64,000 nucleotides of DNA. It comes from Deltaproteobacteria bacterium (GTDB taxonomy: Bacteria > Desulfobacterota > Deferrimicrobia > Deferrimicrobiales > Deferrimicrobiaceae). The stretch spans positions 1,705 through 65,704 of the forward strand of contig JACRMU010000065.1 of the NCBI GenBank assembly GCA_016219515.1. Direction: 5' to 3'. The notes beneath the pieces are model-generated. The model saw only the letters and a program-made list of their open reading frames with translations. It was not told the origin of the DNA and searched no databases. The translations under genes were made by a program, and so were the position numbers. Position 1 is the stretch's first letter. Each line of letters opens with the position of its first letter. Shown piece by piece: positions 27,230 to 37,370 of this stretch.

Positions 27230-30166
27230 TCAGTGGTCAAGAATGGATTGGATCCTTTGGACCAGGTCCTTCGGCCGGAACGGCTTCTGGAGGTACTCCA
27301 CGCCGGATTCGAGCACCCCGTGGCGGACGATGGAATCGTCCGTGTATCCCGACAGGAAGAGCACCTTTGCCCCCGTACGGTTGCTTGCGAACAGGGTTGC
27401 AAGCTCCCGTCCGCCCATGCGGGGCATCACCACGTCGGTCACCAGCATGTGAATCGGATCCTTGTGCCGCTGTGCGATCTCCCATGCCTCCACCCCGTCC
27501 TGCGCCTCCAGCACCGTGTAGCCGGATCCGGACAGGATCGTGCGGATCAATTCCCGCACCAGGTCGTCGTCCTCCGCCACCAGCAGGGTTTGCCATCCTC
27601 GCGCCGCTTCCGCCGGGCTCCGGTCCTCCCGCGGCGGCATTTCGGGAATCCCGTCCTCCCGCGGGAAGTAGATCTTGAACGTCGTCCCTTTTTCCGGCTC
27701 GCTGTACACCCAGATGTATCCCAGGTTTTGCTTCACGATCCCGTAGACCGTCGACAGGCCCAGGCCCGTTCCCTTTCCCTGCTCCTTCGTCGTGAAGAAG
27801 GGATCGAAGATCCTGTGCTGGATCTCCCGGGGGATCCCGCATCCGTTGTCCGATACGGCCAGCATCACGTACTCCCCCTGCTTCACCGACTGATGTTTCC
27901 TGGCATAGAAATCGTCCAGGCGCACATTCGCGGTTTCGATCACCAGTTTGCCGCCCTGCGGCATCGAGTCCCGGGCGTTCACCGCCAGATTGAGGATCAC
28001 CTGTTCGATCTGCCCCGGGTCCACCTTGATCTTCCAGAGATCTCCCGGCGGCACCGTCGACAGTTCGATGTCCTCTCCGATCACCCTGCGCATCATCTTG
28101 TCCAGGTCCGCGATCACCGCGCGAAGGTCCAGCAACTTGGGTTGGATGATCTGCTTCCGGCTGAAGGCCAGAAGCTGCCGGGTCAGGGCCGATGCCCGCT
28201 CCGCGGCTTTCCTGATTTCCTGCAGGTTGTCCGCCATGCCGCTGTTTTTCCCGATTCCCTGAAGCAGCAGGTCGCTGTATCCCATGATCCCCGTGAGGAG
28301 GTTGTTGAAGTCGTGCGCGATCCCCCCGGCAAGTTTTCCCACGGCCTCCATCTTCACGGCCTGGAGGAGCTGCTCCTCCATCAGTTTCTCGCCGGTTACG
28401 TCCCTTTTCACGGCCACGTAGTTGATGATCCGGCCCTCCCTGTCGCGCACGGGGGAGATGACCGCCACCTCTTCATAGGTGGTGCCGTCCTTGCGGCGGT
28501 TGACGAAATTCCCGGACCAGGTTTCCCCCCGGGCAAGGGTATCCCACAGGATGCGGTAATGTTCGGGCGGGTGTTTCCCGCTTTTCAGGATTCGCGGGGT
28601 CTTTCCCAATGCTTCCTGGACCGAAAATCCGGTGATCTTCTCGAAGGCCGGATTGGCGTACTGGATGATCCCCTCCGTATCGGTGATCAGGATGATTTCC
28701 CCGACCTGCTCGACCGCCCTGCTGAGCAGGATTTGCGATTTTTCCGCTTTCCGGCGTTCCGTGATGTCGCGGACGTTCAGGACGATTCCGCCGATCCGCG
28801 GATCTTCGAGAAAGTTGCGCCCCACGAACTCGAGGTTCCGGCAGGTCGAGTCTTTATGCCGGAAGAGGATCTCCCTCGGCTTGGGAAGGAACGCCCCGGG
28901 ACTGGCGATCGCCAGGGAAAGGAGAGAGAGGTTTCGGCTCATCTCCGAGGAATCCAACAGATCGAAGACGGACTTTCCCAGCAGTTCGGCCGGGGGATAG
29001 CCTGCAACGCGCTCGATGGACGGGCTGGCGTACAGGACGGCCCCGCGTGCGTCGATGACCACGATGGCGTCCTGGGCATTTTCGATCAGCGCCCGGAATC
29101 GCGCTTCGCTGGCCTGAAGCGCCTCCTCCCGTAAAACGGAATGCTCGAGACGTTCCTTCAACAGCGACGACTTCACGGTCAGGAAAAACAGGTAGGCGCA
29201 ACCCGCAAGCAACAAGGCCGTGCCAAAGCTCATCCCCACAAGGAGGTGTTGCGGCGTCAGGCGGCCGAGAGTGTGCGGCGCATCCGCCATCAGCACGGTG
29301 AAGTACGGGGTTCCAACGATCGGCAAGCGGATGCCGACCATGGCCCGGGTCGTCCCGTCGCGCAATTCCAGGGGGAATTCCGTCGGCGCATCGGGGGAAG
29401 CGGGAAGATCCGGAAGCGCCCGGAAATCGGACAAGAGAGACTCCCGGAACATCGAGGGAATCTCGTTCGAGCCCGTTGTGAGGTAGGAAATCCTTCCGGG
29501 CAACCGGTCGTCCCGGAGCAGTCCCACCAGGACCGTGGGGTTTATCCATGCAATGATCTGCCCTTCATAACGACCCCTGAGAGAATAGGCCGTCGAGACC
29601 ATCGCTTCGGCTCCGTCGGGCGAGGCCAATATCGTCGCCTTCCGGTGGGAGGGCGAGAGGAGGGAATTCCAGGATGGCGCCGGCTTCGCGTCCTTGTCTT
29701 TCGCGGCATCGACCAGCAGCTTTCCGTGTTTATCGATCAGGACGATCCGGAGAAACACCGGCCTTCCCTGGAAGAGGTGGTACTGCACGACCTCGAAAAA
29801 GTGATCCTTGATCGGCGGGAGGCTCAAGTCCAGGCCGTACTCCATGCTCATCCCGAGCGCCTTGTTCTCGAAAAACACGTCGACCTCGCGGGAGCGGGAA
29901 AGGGTGTTGACCCGCCCCATCGCATCGGAGAAGAAATACCGGACGGTTTTTTCCTCGAGCTCGGCTTCCTGGCGGAATTGACGCAGGAGATTTTTCCGAA
30001 GGTCCGCGGAGGCGCGGAAATTCAGGAACAGCAGGCCGAAAACGCAGAAGACGAGGAGAATCCCCCCCAGAATGAGGGCGACGTTCCGGGAGGTGACGAT
30101 CCGACGCGAAATCCACCCCTTGCCGGTCGGCGTCTCCGCGATGGCCCGTCCGTTGGGATCGTCCAA
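27230..30166 (-). CDS. hybrid sensor histidine kinase/response regulator with large periplasmic sensor domain and multiple PAS domains
   Basis: N-terminal TM then a roughly 280-aa periplasmic region and a second TM. PAS repeats, H-box [12 protein letters not shown], HATPase ([20 protein letters not shown]), and a C-terminal REC domain. Confidence 0.85.
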   Translation of the reverse strand: MDDPNGRAIAETPTGKGWISRRIVTSRNVALILGGILLVFCVFGLLFLNFRASADLRKNLLRQFRQEAELEEKTVRYFFSDAMGRVNTLSRSREVDVFFENKALGMSMEYGLDLSLPPIKDHFFEVVQYHLFQGRPVFLRIVLIDKHGKLLVDAAKDKDAKPAPSWNSLLSPSHRKATILASPDGAEAMVSTAYSLRGRYEGQIIAWINPTVLVGLLRDDRLPGRISYLTTGSNEIPSMFRESLLSDFRALPDLPASPDAPTEFPLELRDGTTRAMVGIRLPIVGTPYFTVLMADAPHTLGRLTPQHLLVGMSFGTALLLAGCAYLFFLTVKSSLLKERLEHSVLREEALQASEARFRALIENAQDAIVVIDARGAVLYASPSIERVAGYPPAELLGKSVFDLLDSSEMSRNLSLLSLAIASPGAFLPKPREILFRHKDSTCRNLEFVGRNFLEDPRIGGIVLNVRDITERRKAEKSQILLSRAVEQVGEIILITDTEGIIQYANPAFEKITGFSVQEALGKTPRILKSGKHPPEHYRILWDTLARGETWSGNFVNRRKDGTTYEEVAVISPVRDREGRIINYVAVKRDVTGEKLMEEQLLQAVKMEAVGKLAGGIAHDFNNLLTGIMGYSDLLLQGIGKNSGMADNLQEIRKAAERASALTRQLLAFSRKQIIQPKLLDLRAVIADLDKMMRRVIGEDIELSTVPPGDLWKIKVDPGQIEQVILNLAVNARDSMPQGGKLVIETANVRLDDFYARKHQSVKQGEYVMLAVSDNGCGIPREIQHRIFDPFFTTKEQGKGTGLGLSTVYGIVKQNLGYIWVYSEPEKGTTFKIYFPREDGIPEMPPREDRSPAEAARGWQTLLVAEDDDLVRELIRTILSGSGYTVLEAQDGVEAWEIAQRHKDPIHMLVTDVVMPRMGGRELATLFASNRTGAKVLFLSGYTDDSIVRHGVLESGVEYLQKPFRPKDLVQRIQSILDH

Positions 30167-30181
30167 ACGACCTCCCGGCCG

Positions 30182-31114
30182 TTACCGCATCTCCGCGAAG
30201 AACTCGGGATAATACCTGAAAACGTAAGGATAATATTTTTTGACGAGCATCAAGTAGGTCCCGTCGTTCTTGCTCCGCTGTAAAAACCGGTTGAAGGCCT
30301 TCCGGAGTTCCGGGGACTCCTTGGGGAAAGCGACCGCCATGTGCTGCCGATCGCTGATGGGGCCGATGACCTTGATTTTTCCCGGCCATTTCTGAAGGGA
30401 GAGCAGGGCATCCGGGACGTCGAGAAGCGACAGCTCCGCGTCCCCCTTGATCACCGCGGGGGCGATGTCGTCGAGCCGCCCCCGGAAGGCGAGGCTTTTT
30501 GCCCCGGCCTCTTCCAGCCCGTACAGCGACGGATCGAGACAAGTGCCGGGGGTCCCGAGAAGCGTACGTCCCCTGAGAAGTTTTTTTACCTCCCCGATAT
30601 CCTTTTCGAGGCTGCCGGCCGGCCGGATCGGCCGGATCTTCGAGTCCCCGCGCGCCACCACCCATACCTGGGTCGGGAAAACCGGATCGGAGTAGGCGAC
30701 GATTTTTTCCCGCCACGGGAGAACGGTGATCCCGTTCGCGGCAATATCCCCACGGACCGGGCTCTCTTCGAGGAACTCCACATCCGTCCCTTTCACCTTG
30801 ATTTTCCGTCCGATGAGGGCGGGAAAGAGCTCGTTCCAGTCCACGGGAACATACTCGTATTTCACGCCGAGGTCCTTCGCGAAGAGCCGTACAAGGTCGA
30901 CATCCATACCGTCGCCGCCGCCGGTGACGAAGTTGGCGTAAGGGATCCCCAAATGTCGGAGCACCCCTTTTTCCTTGATTTCGGCCAGATCGCCGCCAAG
31001 GCAGATGGAACCGGCAAGGAGGAAAACGGTCAGCGCGCAGGCGAAGAACAACCCCCGGTTTATATTGATATATATCGGTTGGGACGATGGTTTCCCGACA
31101 CGAAACAGGTCCAT
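30182..31114 (-). CDS. periplasmic solute-binding protein, family 3 (amino-acid-binding type), signal-peptide-bearing
   Basis: SBP_bac_3-like fold features. No cognate permease or ATPase adjacent, so probably a sensor-associated binding protein. Confidence 0.7.
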   Translation of the reverse strand: MDLFRVGKPSSQPIYININRGLFFACALTVFLLAGSICLGGDLAEIKEKGVLRHLGIPYANFVTGGGDGMDVDLVRLFAKDLGVKYEYVPVDWNELFPALIGRKIKVKGTDVEFLEESPVRGDIAANGITVLPWREKIVAYSDPVFPTQVWVVARGDSKIRPIRPAGSLEKDIGEVKKLLRGRTLLGTPGTCLDPSLYGLEEAGAKSLAFRGRLDDIAPAVIKGDAELSLLDVPDALLSLQKWPGKIKVIGPISDRQHMAVAFPKESPELRKAFNRFLQRSKNDGTYLMLVKKYYPYVFRYYPEFFAEMR

Positions 31115-31222
31115 GGAGATACCCTCCGACCTGGCTTCACCCGTCCATAGTATTATCGGGAATGCGATTCATAAACATTAATGCGGATCCGGCAGGGGAT
31201 CGGGAATCCTCAAACCGCCGGA

Positions 31223-33820
31223 TTATTCCGGGCGGTCGTCGTCCAGCACCGCGCGCACTTTCCGCGCGAGGGAGTCCGGCGAGAACGGCTTTTCGATGAA
31301 GGCGGTGCCGGGGTCCAGGACGCCGTGGTGCACGATGGCGTTGTCCGTGTACCCCGACATGTACAGGACTTTCATCTCCGGCCGGGAGGACGCGATCTTT
31401 CGCGAAAGCTGCACTCCGCTCATGCCCGGCATCACCACGTCGCAGAGCATGAGATGGATCTTCCCTTCGTGCCGGTCGGAAGCCAGCAGGGCTTCTTCTC
31501 CGTTGCTTGCGGCAAGGACCGTATATCCGTACCTTTCGAGAATCTCCCGAACCAGCATCCGGACCGCCTCTTCGTCCTCCACCAGGAGGACGGTCTCCGA
31601 ACCCTCGATTCGACCCGTCCGGTCGGGCGCCGGCTCCGGCGCTTCGGCCGCCTCCTCAACGCGCGGCAGGTAGATCTTGAATGTCGTGCCGCGGCCGGGC
31701 TCGCTGTAGACCCAGATATGGCCGCCGCTTTGCTTGACGATTCCGTAGACGGTCGACAGGCCGAGCCCCGTTCCCTTTCCCATCTCCTTGGTCGTGAAAA
31801 AGGGCTCGAATATGCGGGACAAGGTTTCCTGGTTCATCCCGACGCCGGTATCGCTCATCGCGATCATAACGTGGGCCCCGGGACGCATGGTGGCGTGTCC
31901 GCGGGTGTAGGCCTCGTCGATGTCGACGTTCGATGTCTCGATCGTCAGTTTTCCCCCGGAAGGCATGGCGTCCCGCGCGTTGACGGCCAGGTTCATGAGT
32001 ACCTGCGAGATCTGTCCCGGGTCCGCCTTTACCCTCCAAAGGTCGGATTCGAGGAACGTGAGGAGGTTGATATCCTCTCCGATGAGGCGCCGGAGCATCT
32101 GGTCGATGTCCGTGACGACGGTATTCAGGTCGAGGACCTTGGGTTGAAGTATCTGCCGGCGGCTGAAGGCCAGGAGCTGCCGCGTAAGCGCCGCGGCACG
32201 CCTGGCAACACCCCGGATCTCCTGGATGTGGCCGCGCAGCGGGTCCTCGTCGGCCATGCGATTCAGGGCCAGCTCGCTGTAGCCCGTGATCGCGGTGAGG
32301 AGGTTGTTGAAGTCGTGCGCGATCCCGCCGGCGAGCTTTCCGACCGCCTCCATCTTCTGCGACTGGCGGAACTGCTCCTCCATCTTCCGCTCGTCGGTCA
32401 CGTCCCGCTTGACCGCCACGAAGTTCATCAGGCGGCCGGAGGAGTCCCGCACCGGGGAGAGGATCGCCTCTTCCTCGTAGAGACTTCCGTCCTTCCGTTG
32501 GTTGATGATGGTGCCCTTCCATACGTCTCCCCGCTTGATGGTGGCCCACAGCTCCCGATAGAACTCCTCGCCGTGCTTTCCGCTCTTGAGGATGCGCGGA
32601 GTGCGGCCGATGACCTCCTCGGGGGGATATCCCGTGATTCTTTCGAATGCGGGATTGGCGTATTCGATCGTTCCCTCGGGATCGGTGATGAAAATCGCCT
32701 CGACGGACTGCTCGACGGCCGTGGCCAGGCGCTGCAACGCCTCTTCACTTTGCTTCCGGCGCTCCTCGGCCCGGTCCATGGCCCTCCCGACGGCCGTGGC
32801 GACGCGTGAAACGATCATCCCCGCGATCGCTGCGAAAATCACCGCGGATAACGCGGCCCCCAGGGCGTCGTTCGCGGCGAAAAATTCCGGAAAGATCCCG
32901 TGAAGGGCATCCAATGCAACCACCAGGAAGACGGTCAGCGGAAGAAACGCCCGCAATAATCTGGCGCGGGCGGTGGGTCCGACCAGAAGCTTCAACGGGA
33001 AGCATTCCGGTCCGGCCGCCGCGGTCAGCCCCATTCCCAGAAATAGGAAGCCGCCCGCGGTAAGAACCGCGACCGGAATGACCCCGCTGCCGTAGAGCAG
33101 CGGAGATCCGTACAGGTATCCGAGGAGAAACGTCAGCCCGGATACCGCGACCATACCCCCGAGGATGCCTGCGAGATCCCCCGGGAGCTTGTTGCGGGGT
33201 TCCTTTCCTTCACGGAGAAGAACCAGGCAGATGCCGGTCCCGGCCAGGAAAAACAGTGCGCCCGTCGCCGGGGACATGCGTCCCGTGGGAACGTCGCCGA
33301 GCATCGCGGGGGCGGGGTAAAGAAACGTTTCGAGGGGAAGGTCCACCCCTGTCCAAATCATGGCGAACTTGAATAGTCCATAGACGGAGATCAGCGCGGA
33401 AATCGCCGCGGCAAGCACCCGGCCGCCACCTCGCCAGGGCCTCAGGGAATGTGAGGATAAAATTGCGCCGATCAGCAGAAAAACAATGGCCGTGGTTGGA
33501 GCTACAGGGATATACAGAGGGTGAATGCTGGCGAGGAATTGCAGCCCGGGGATCCAGCCCAGAAGGGCGAGCGCACCGATAAACGAAGACGCGGCGCCGC
33601 ACAGAAACACCATTCGTCCGAAGGAACCGGAAAAAAAGATTTCCGGAGAAAGAATAGAGCGCATACCCCTCCGCGCCGATCCTTGCTCTCCAGTAAGGAT
33701 GTAACTAATAAACCTTAAACGATAATTTGATGCAATATAATAAATAATCGTTTCGAAAGATTTTTCGCGGTTTGCTCCGGAGGATCTTCTTTCGTTCCAT
33801 GTCTTGACGCGGTTGCCCAT
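31223..33820 (-). CDS. hybrid sensor histidine kinase/response regulator with multi-TM membrane sensor domain and PAS
   Basis: About 330-aa polytopic N-terminal region, PAS, H-box [12 protein letters not shown], HATPase ([20 protein letters not shown]), and a C-terminal REC domain. Confidence 0.85.
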   Translation of the reverse strand: MGNRVKTWNERRSSGANREKSFETIIYYIASNYRLRFISYILTGEQGSARRGMRSILSPEIFFSGSFGRMVFLCGAASSFIGALALLGWIPGLQFLASIHPLYIPVAPTTAIVFLLIGAILSSHSLRPWRGGGRVLAAAISALISVYGLFKFAMIWTGVDLPLETFLYPAPAMLGDVPTGRMSPATGALFFLAGTGICLVLLREGKEPRNKLPGDLAGILGGMVAVSGLTFLLGYLYGSPLLYGSGVIPVAVLTAGGFLFLGMGLTAAAGPECFPLKLLVGPTARARLLRAFLPLTVFLVVALDALHGIFPEFFAANDALGAALSAVIFAAIAGMIVSRVATAVGRAMDRAEERRKQSEEALQRLATAVEQSVEAIFITDPEGTIEYANPAFERITGYPPEEVIGRTPRILKSGKHGEEFYRELWATIKRGDVWKGTIINQRKDGSLYEEEAILSPVRDSSGRLMNFVAVKRDVTDERKMEEQFRQSQKMEAVGKLAGGIAHDFNNLLTAITGYSELALNRMADEDPLRGHIQEIRGVARRAAALTRQLLAFSRRQILQPKVLDLNTVVTDIDQMLRRLIGEDINLLTFLESDLWRVKADPGQISQVLMNLAVNARDAMPSGGKLTIETSNVDIDEAYTRGHATMRPGAHVMIAMSDTGVGMNQETLSRIFEPFFTTKEMGKGTGLGLSTVYGIVKQSGGHIWVYSEPGRGTTFKIYLPRVEEAAEAPEPAPDRTGRIEGSETVLLVEDEEAVRMLVREILERYGYTVLAASNGEEALLASDRHEGKIHLMLCDVVMPGMSGVQLSRKIASSRPEMKVLYMSGYTDNAIVHHGVLDPGTAFIEKPFSPDSLARKVRAVLDDDRPE

Positions 33821-33965
33821 CGTTGGTCACCATCTTCTCCATTATTTTTTCCCGGTTCCGGCACCTGCCGCCGACGGGGATTCATCTTATTCAATGAAGA
33901 ATAACGGTTGGCGTGGCTTAAAAACCTATTTGGGATTTTTTACATAAAGGAAAGGGGGCCGGAAG

Positions 33966-34859
33966 ATGGGCAGCGGAATCGGACGCAGTTTCGACTTTCT
34001 GCCGGTAAACGAGCGGGAAGGCAAACCCCGCAGGCGCGGCATCACGGAGATGCGGGGACCCTATTACGCGCCGGTGGGAAAACGGTACCTGCAGGACATC
34101 CTGGAAACGATGGGCGCATATATCGATATCTTCAAGTTCAGCGGCGGCTCCTTCAGTCTCATGCCGGAGAAGGCGGTCCGGGAGCTGATCGATACCTGCC
34201 ACGAGCACGACGTCCTGGTGTCCACGGGCGGCTTCATCGAGCGCGTGCTCACCCACGGCGGGGATGCCGTGGACCGTTACCTGGAGGAATGCCGGAGATT
34301 GAAGTTCGATATCGTCGAGATATCGAGCGGCTTCATCACCGTTCCGCCGAACGACCTGATCGGCCTGGTCCGGAAGGTCTCCGACCTCGGCATGAAGCCG
34401 AAACCGGAGGTCGGGATCCAGTTCGGCGCCGGAGGGGCGAGCTCCGTGGAGGAACTCGAAGCCGAGGGGACCTCGGACCCTTCGCAGGCCATCCGGGCGG
34501 CGAAGCTTTACCTGGATGCCGGCGCGCACCTCATCATGATCGAGTCCGAGGGGATCACGGAGAACGTGAGGAAGTGGCGCACCGACGTGGTCGCCCGGAT
34601 CGTCAACGAGATCGGCCTCGACAAGGTGATGTTCGAGGCGGCCGACCCGGAGGTGTTTTCCTGGTACATAAAGAACTTCGGGCCCGAGGTCAATTTGTTC
34701 GTCGACCATTCCCAGGTGGTCCAGCTGGAGTGCCTGCGTTCCGGGATCTGGGGGACGAAGAGCACGTGGGGCCGCGTGGTTACCTATAAGGAAAAAGACC
34801 GCGCCGCCGCGCCGGCCAAGCCGAAGCTGGTCGAGCCCACGGCGAAAGGCGGGAGGTGA
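33966..34859 (+). CDS. comA: (2R)-phospho-3-sulfolactate synthase ComA family protein
   Basis: MGSGIGRSFDFLPVNEREGKPRRRGITEMRGPYY…IDIFKFSGGSFSLMPEKAVRELIDTCHEHDVLVSTGGFIE is the ComA/PSL synthase (TIM-barrel) family signature. RBS aaaggaaaggggg. Confidence 0.8.
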   Translation: MGSGIGRSFDFLPVNEREGKPRRRGITEMRGPYYAPVGKRYLQDILETMGAYIDIFKFSGGSFSLMPEKAVRELIDTCHEHDVLVSTGGFIERVLTHGGDAVDRYLEECRRLKFDIVEISSGFITVPPNDLIGLVRKVSDLGMKPKPEVGIQFGAGGASSVEELEAEGTSDPSQAIRAAKLYLDAGAHLIMIESEGITENVRKWRTDVVARIVNEIGLDKVMFEAADPEVFSWYIKNFGPEVNLFVDHSQVVQLECLRSGIWGTKSTWGRVVTYKEKDRAAAPAKPKLVEPTAKGGR

Positions 34860-34863
34860 CGGC

Positions 34864-36261
34864 ATGGCGGGGAATGCAACGGCGGCGAGGCAAGGGGAGG
34901 AGCGTTACCGGACCCGCTCCGAACAGATGGCATCCTTTGTCGAACACGCCGCCTGGGAGGACCTCTCCCCGGCGGCGCGGGAGGCGCTGAAGATCCGCGT
35001 GCTCGATTCCCTGGGCTGCGCCTTCGGCGCGCTTGCGGGGCCTCCGATCCGGCTCCTCCGCTCGGATGTGGAGGAGTTCGGCGGAAACCCGCTTTGCACG
35101 CTGATCGGAGGAGGGTACACGTCCCCCGACCGGGCGGCCTTCTTCAACGGCGCCCTGGTCCGTTACCTGGACTTCAACGACAGTTACCTCGCCAAGGGAG
35201 AGACGTGCCACCCGAGCGACAACCTCGGCGCGGTGCTCGCCGCGTCCGAATATTCGCTGGCCTCGGGGCGGCAGTTCCTGACGGCGCTGGCGGTCGCCTA
35301 CCAGGTGCAGTGCCGCCTCTCCGACGTCGCCCCGGTCCGCGCAAGGGGCTTCGACCACACCACGCAGGGTGCGTTCGCCGCCGCCGCGGGCGCCGCGAAG
35401 GCGCTGGAGCTCGCCGCTCCGCAGATCGCCAACGCCCTGGGGATCTCCGGCACCGCCAACAACGCTCTCCGGGTCACCCGCACGGGCGAGCTGTCCCACT
35501 GGAAAGGCCTTGCGTATCCGAACACGGCCTTCGACGCGCTGCGGGCGGCGTTCCTGGCGATGCGCGGCGTCACCGGCCCGCGGGAGGTGTTCGAGGGGAA
35601 CAAGGGGTGGTGCCAGACGGTCTCCGGCGATTTCGAGATCGACTGGTCGAGGGAGAACCTGGAGCGGGTCAAGCGGACGATCCTTAAGAAATTCAACGCG
35701 GAGATCCATTCCCAGTCGGCCATCGAGGGGATGATCGAGCTGATGCGGGAGACCGGTTTTTCGGGGAGGGAGATCGACCGGATCCGGATCGACATTTTCG
35801 ACGTGGCGCACCTGATCATCGGCGGCGGTGCGGAAGGCGACAAGACGGTCGTCCGCACCAAGGAAGAGGCCGATCACAGCCTGCCGTACATGGTATCCGC
35901 CGCAGCGCTCGACGGGCAGGTGATGCCCGAGCAGTACGAGCCGGAGCGGATCGCAAGGGGCGACATCCAGTCGCTGCTGCGCCGCGTCACCGTCGTTCCG
36001 GACCCCGGCCTCTCCCGCCGCTTCCCGGAAGAGCACTCCTGCCGGCTCGCCGTCGCCTTGAAGGACGGCCGGACCCTGATCAAGGAGAAGTACGATTACG
36101 AAGGGTTCCACACGCGCCCGATGTCGTGGGCGAAGGCGGAGGAGAAGTTCCACCGGCTGGCCGACGGCGCCCTGGATATGTTTCGCCGCCAGGAAATCGT
36201 GGACGCCGTCCGGCTGCTGGACGGCATCTCCGTCAGGAACCTGACGGGCCTGTTGGGTTGA
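34864..36261 (+). CDS. MmgE/PrpD (2-methylcitrate dehydratase) family protein
   Basis: Length and conserved blocks typical of MmgE/PrpD. ATG 5 nt after the comA stop, with RBS gggagg. Confidence 0.8.
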   Translation: MAGNATAARQGEERYRTRSEQMASFVEHAAWEDLSPAAREALKIRVLDSLGCAFGALAGPPIRLLRSDVEEFGGNPLCTLIGGGYTSPDRAAFFNGALVRYLDFNDSYLAKGETCHPSDNLGAVLAASEYSLASGRQFLTALAVAYQVQCRLSDVAPVRARGFDHTTQGAFAAAAGAAKALELAAPQIANALGISGTANNALRVTRTGELSHWKGLAYPNTAFDALRAAFLAMRGVTGPREVFEGNKGWCQTVSGDFEIDWSRENLERVKRTILKKFNAEIHSQSAIEGMIELMRETGFSGREIDRIRIDIFDVAHLIIGGGAEGDKTVVRTKEEADHSLPYMVSAAALDGQVMPEQYEPERIARGDIQSLLRRVTVVPDPGLSRRFPEEHSCRLAVALKDGRTLIKEKYDYEGFHTRPMSWAKAEEKFHRLADGALDMFRRQEIVDAVRLLDGISVRNLTGLLG

Positions 36262-36285
36262 CGGTCGGCGCCGCTCCGCCGGGGG

Positions 36286-36705
36286 TCAGTGAATCTTCCT
36301 GTCCCGGCCCTTCGCGGCCGGGAAAAAGAACCCGGGGGCGCGGTGCCTCCGCCTTGCGAACCAGCGGTAAAAAGCGCGGGTGAGGACATCCGCTCCCGGC
36401 AGGCGGAGCAGGCAGGCAAGCCGGCGATATCCGCGGAGGCGCCGGAGGATTTCGGGCATCGCCTGCTCGCCGATGAGAACGGAACCGTCCGGGAGGATCA
36501 GGTGCATCGCCTGGAGGCAGGCGGATTTTTCGATCCGGGGAAATCGTTTCGCAAGTTCGTCGGCGTGACAGGAAAGGAACTCGAAAGCGTCCGGGTCCGA
36601 GCGGGCGCGGATCCAGTCGACCGCCCGGATGCATACCGGACACTCCCTGTCGTAGATGAGGACCGGTTTTTCGGGGGCCGCCACGGGCGTTTCCGGCAAG
36701 GCCAT
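36286..36705 (-). CDS. thiol-disulfide oxidoreductase DCC family (DUF393) protein
   Basis: VLIYDRECPVCIRAVDWI is the DCC-family CxxC signature. Start chosen at MALPETP, which has an RBS; the track's upstream ATG at 36723 has no SD. Confidence 0.7.
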   Translation of the reverse strand: MALPETPVAAPEKPVLIYDRECPVCIRAVDWIRARSDPDAFEFLSCHADELAKRFPRIEKSACLQAMHLILPDGSVLIGEQAMPEILRRLRGYRRLACLLRLPGADVLTRAFYRWFARRRHRAPGFFFPAAKGRDRKIH

Positions 36706-36866
36706 GTTCTCCGCCGATCGCATGATCCCTCTCTAACGCGTCCCTCTTCCCGCAGGGCGCCTTCTCTACCCGTTGGATGATATCCTCGGCGGAAGGGCTT
36801 TTTCCCCGGCGGCGCATCCTGCGGTCTTTTGCCGCATCGTAAGGAGAAAATGACGGAGGGTCGACA

Positions 36867-37319
36867 ATGAGGAAGACCTTGCAGGTCGGTCTTGTGATTC
36901 TGGCGGCGGCGATGGCCGGCGTTTCCGTCGGCGCGGAGATCCCGCCCGAATTCAGCAGAGCGCTGGCCGCCGCGGACTGGTCCCGAATGGAAACGGTGAC
37001 CGTGAACCTTTCCGAATACGCCTTCTCCCCTTCGCCTGTCGTATTCAAGGAGGGCGTTCCCACGAAGCTGGTCCTTCGGAACGCGGGGAAGGAGCACCAC
37101 TACTTCGTATCCGAGCAATTTTTCAGGAACGTCGCCACGCGGAAGGTCCAGTCCTCCGACGGGGAGGTCAAGGCGCCCTATTTCACCGCCGTCGAGGTGT
37201 ACGCGGGAAAGACGATGGAATGGTTCCTGGTCCCCATGAAGAAAGGGACGTTCGACCTGCTCTGCACCGTCAAGGGACACGCGGAGCACGGGATGAAGGG
37301 GACGATCGAGATAAGGTGA
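36867..37319 (+). CDS. secreted cupredoxin-domain (type-1 copper, plastocyanin/azurin-like) protein
   Basis: Signal peptide. Copper ligand pattern H…C-x2-H-x4-M (CTVKGHAEHGM) near the C-terminus. RBS aaggag. Confidence 0.7.
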   Translation: MRKTLQVGLVILAAAMAGVSVGAEIPPEFSRALAAADWSRMETVTVNLSEYAFSPSPVVFKEGVPTKLVLRNAGKEHHYFVSEQFFRNVATRKVQSSDGEVKAPYFTAVEVYAGKTMEWFLVPMKKGTFDLLCTVKGHAEHGMKGTIEIR

Positions 37320-37370
37320 GGGCGGAAGGCGAGCGGCGCTCCGGCGCCTCCTCCTTCGGAACGTCACCCC

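Noticed and set aside
22391-27678. Very long alternative-frame ORFs (22391-26785 minus, 22411-27678 plus) across gltB
   Set aside because: Alternative-frame or antisense readings of the 4.6-kb gltB gene. Their products are low-complexity; gltB in frame 22555-27132 is canonical.
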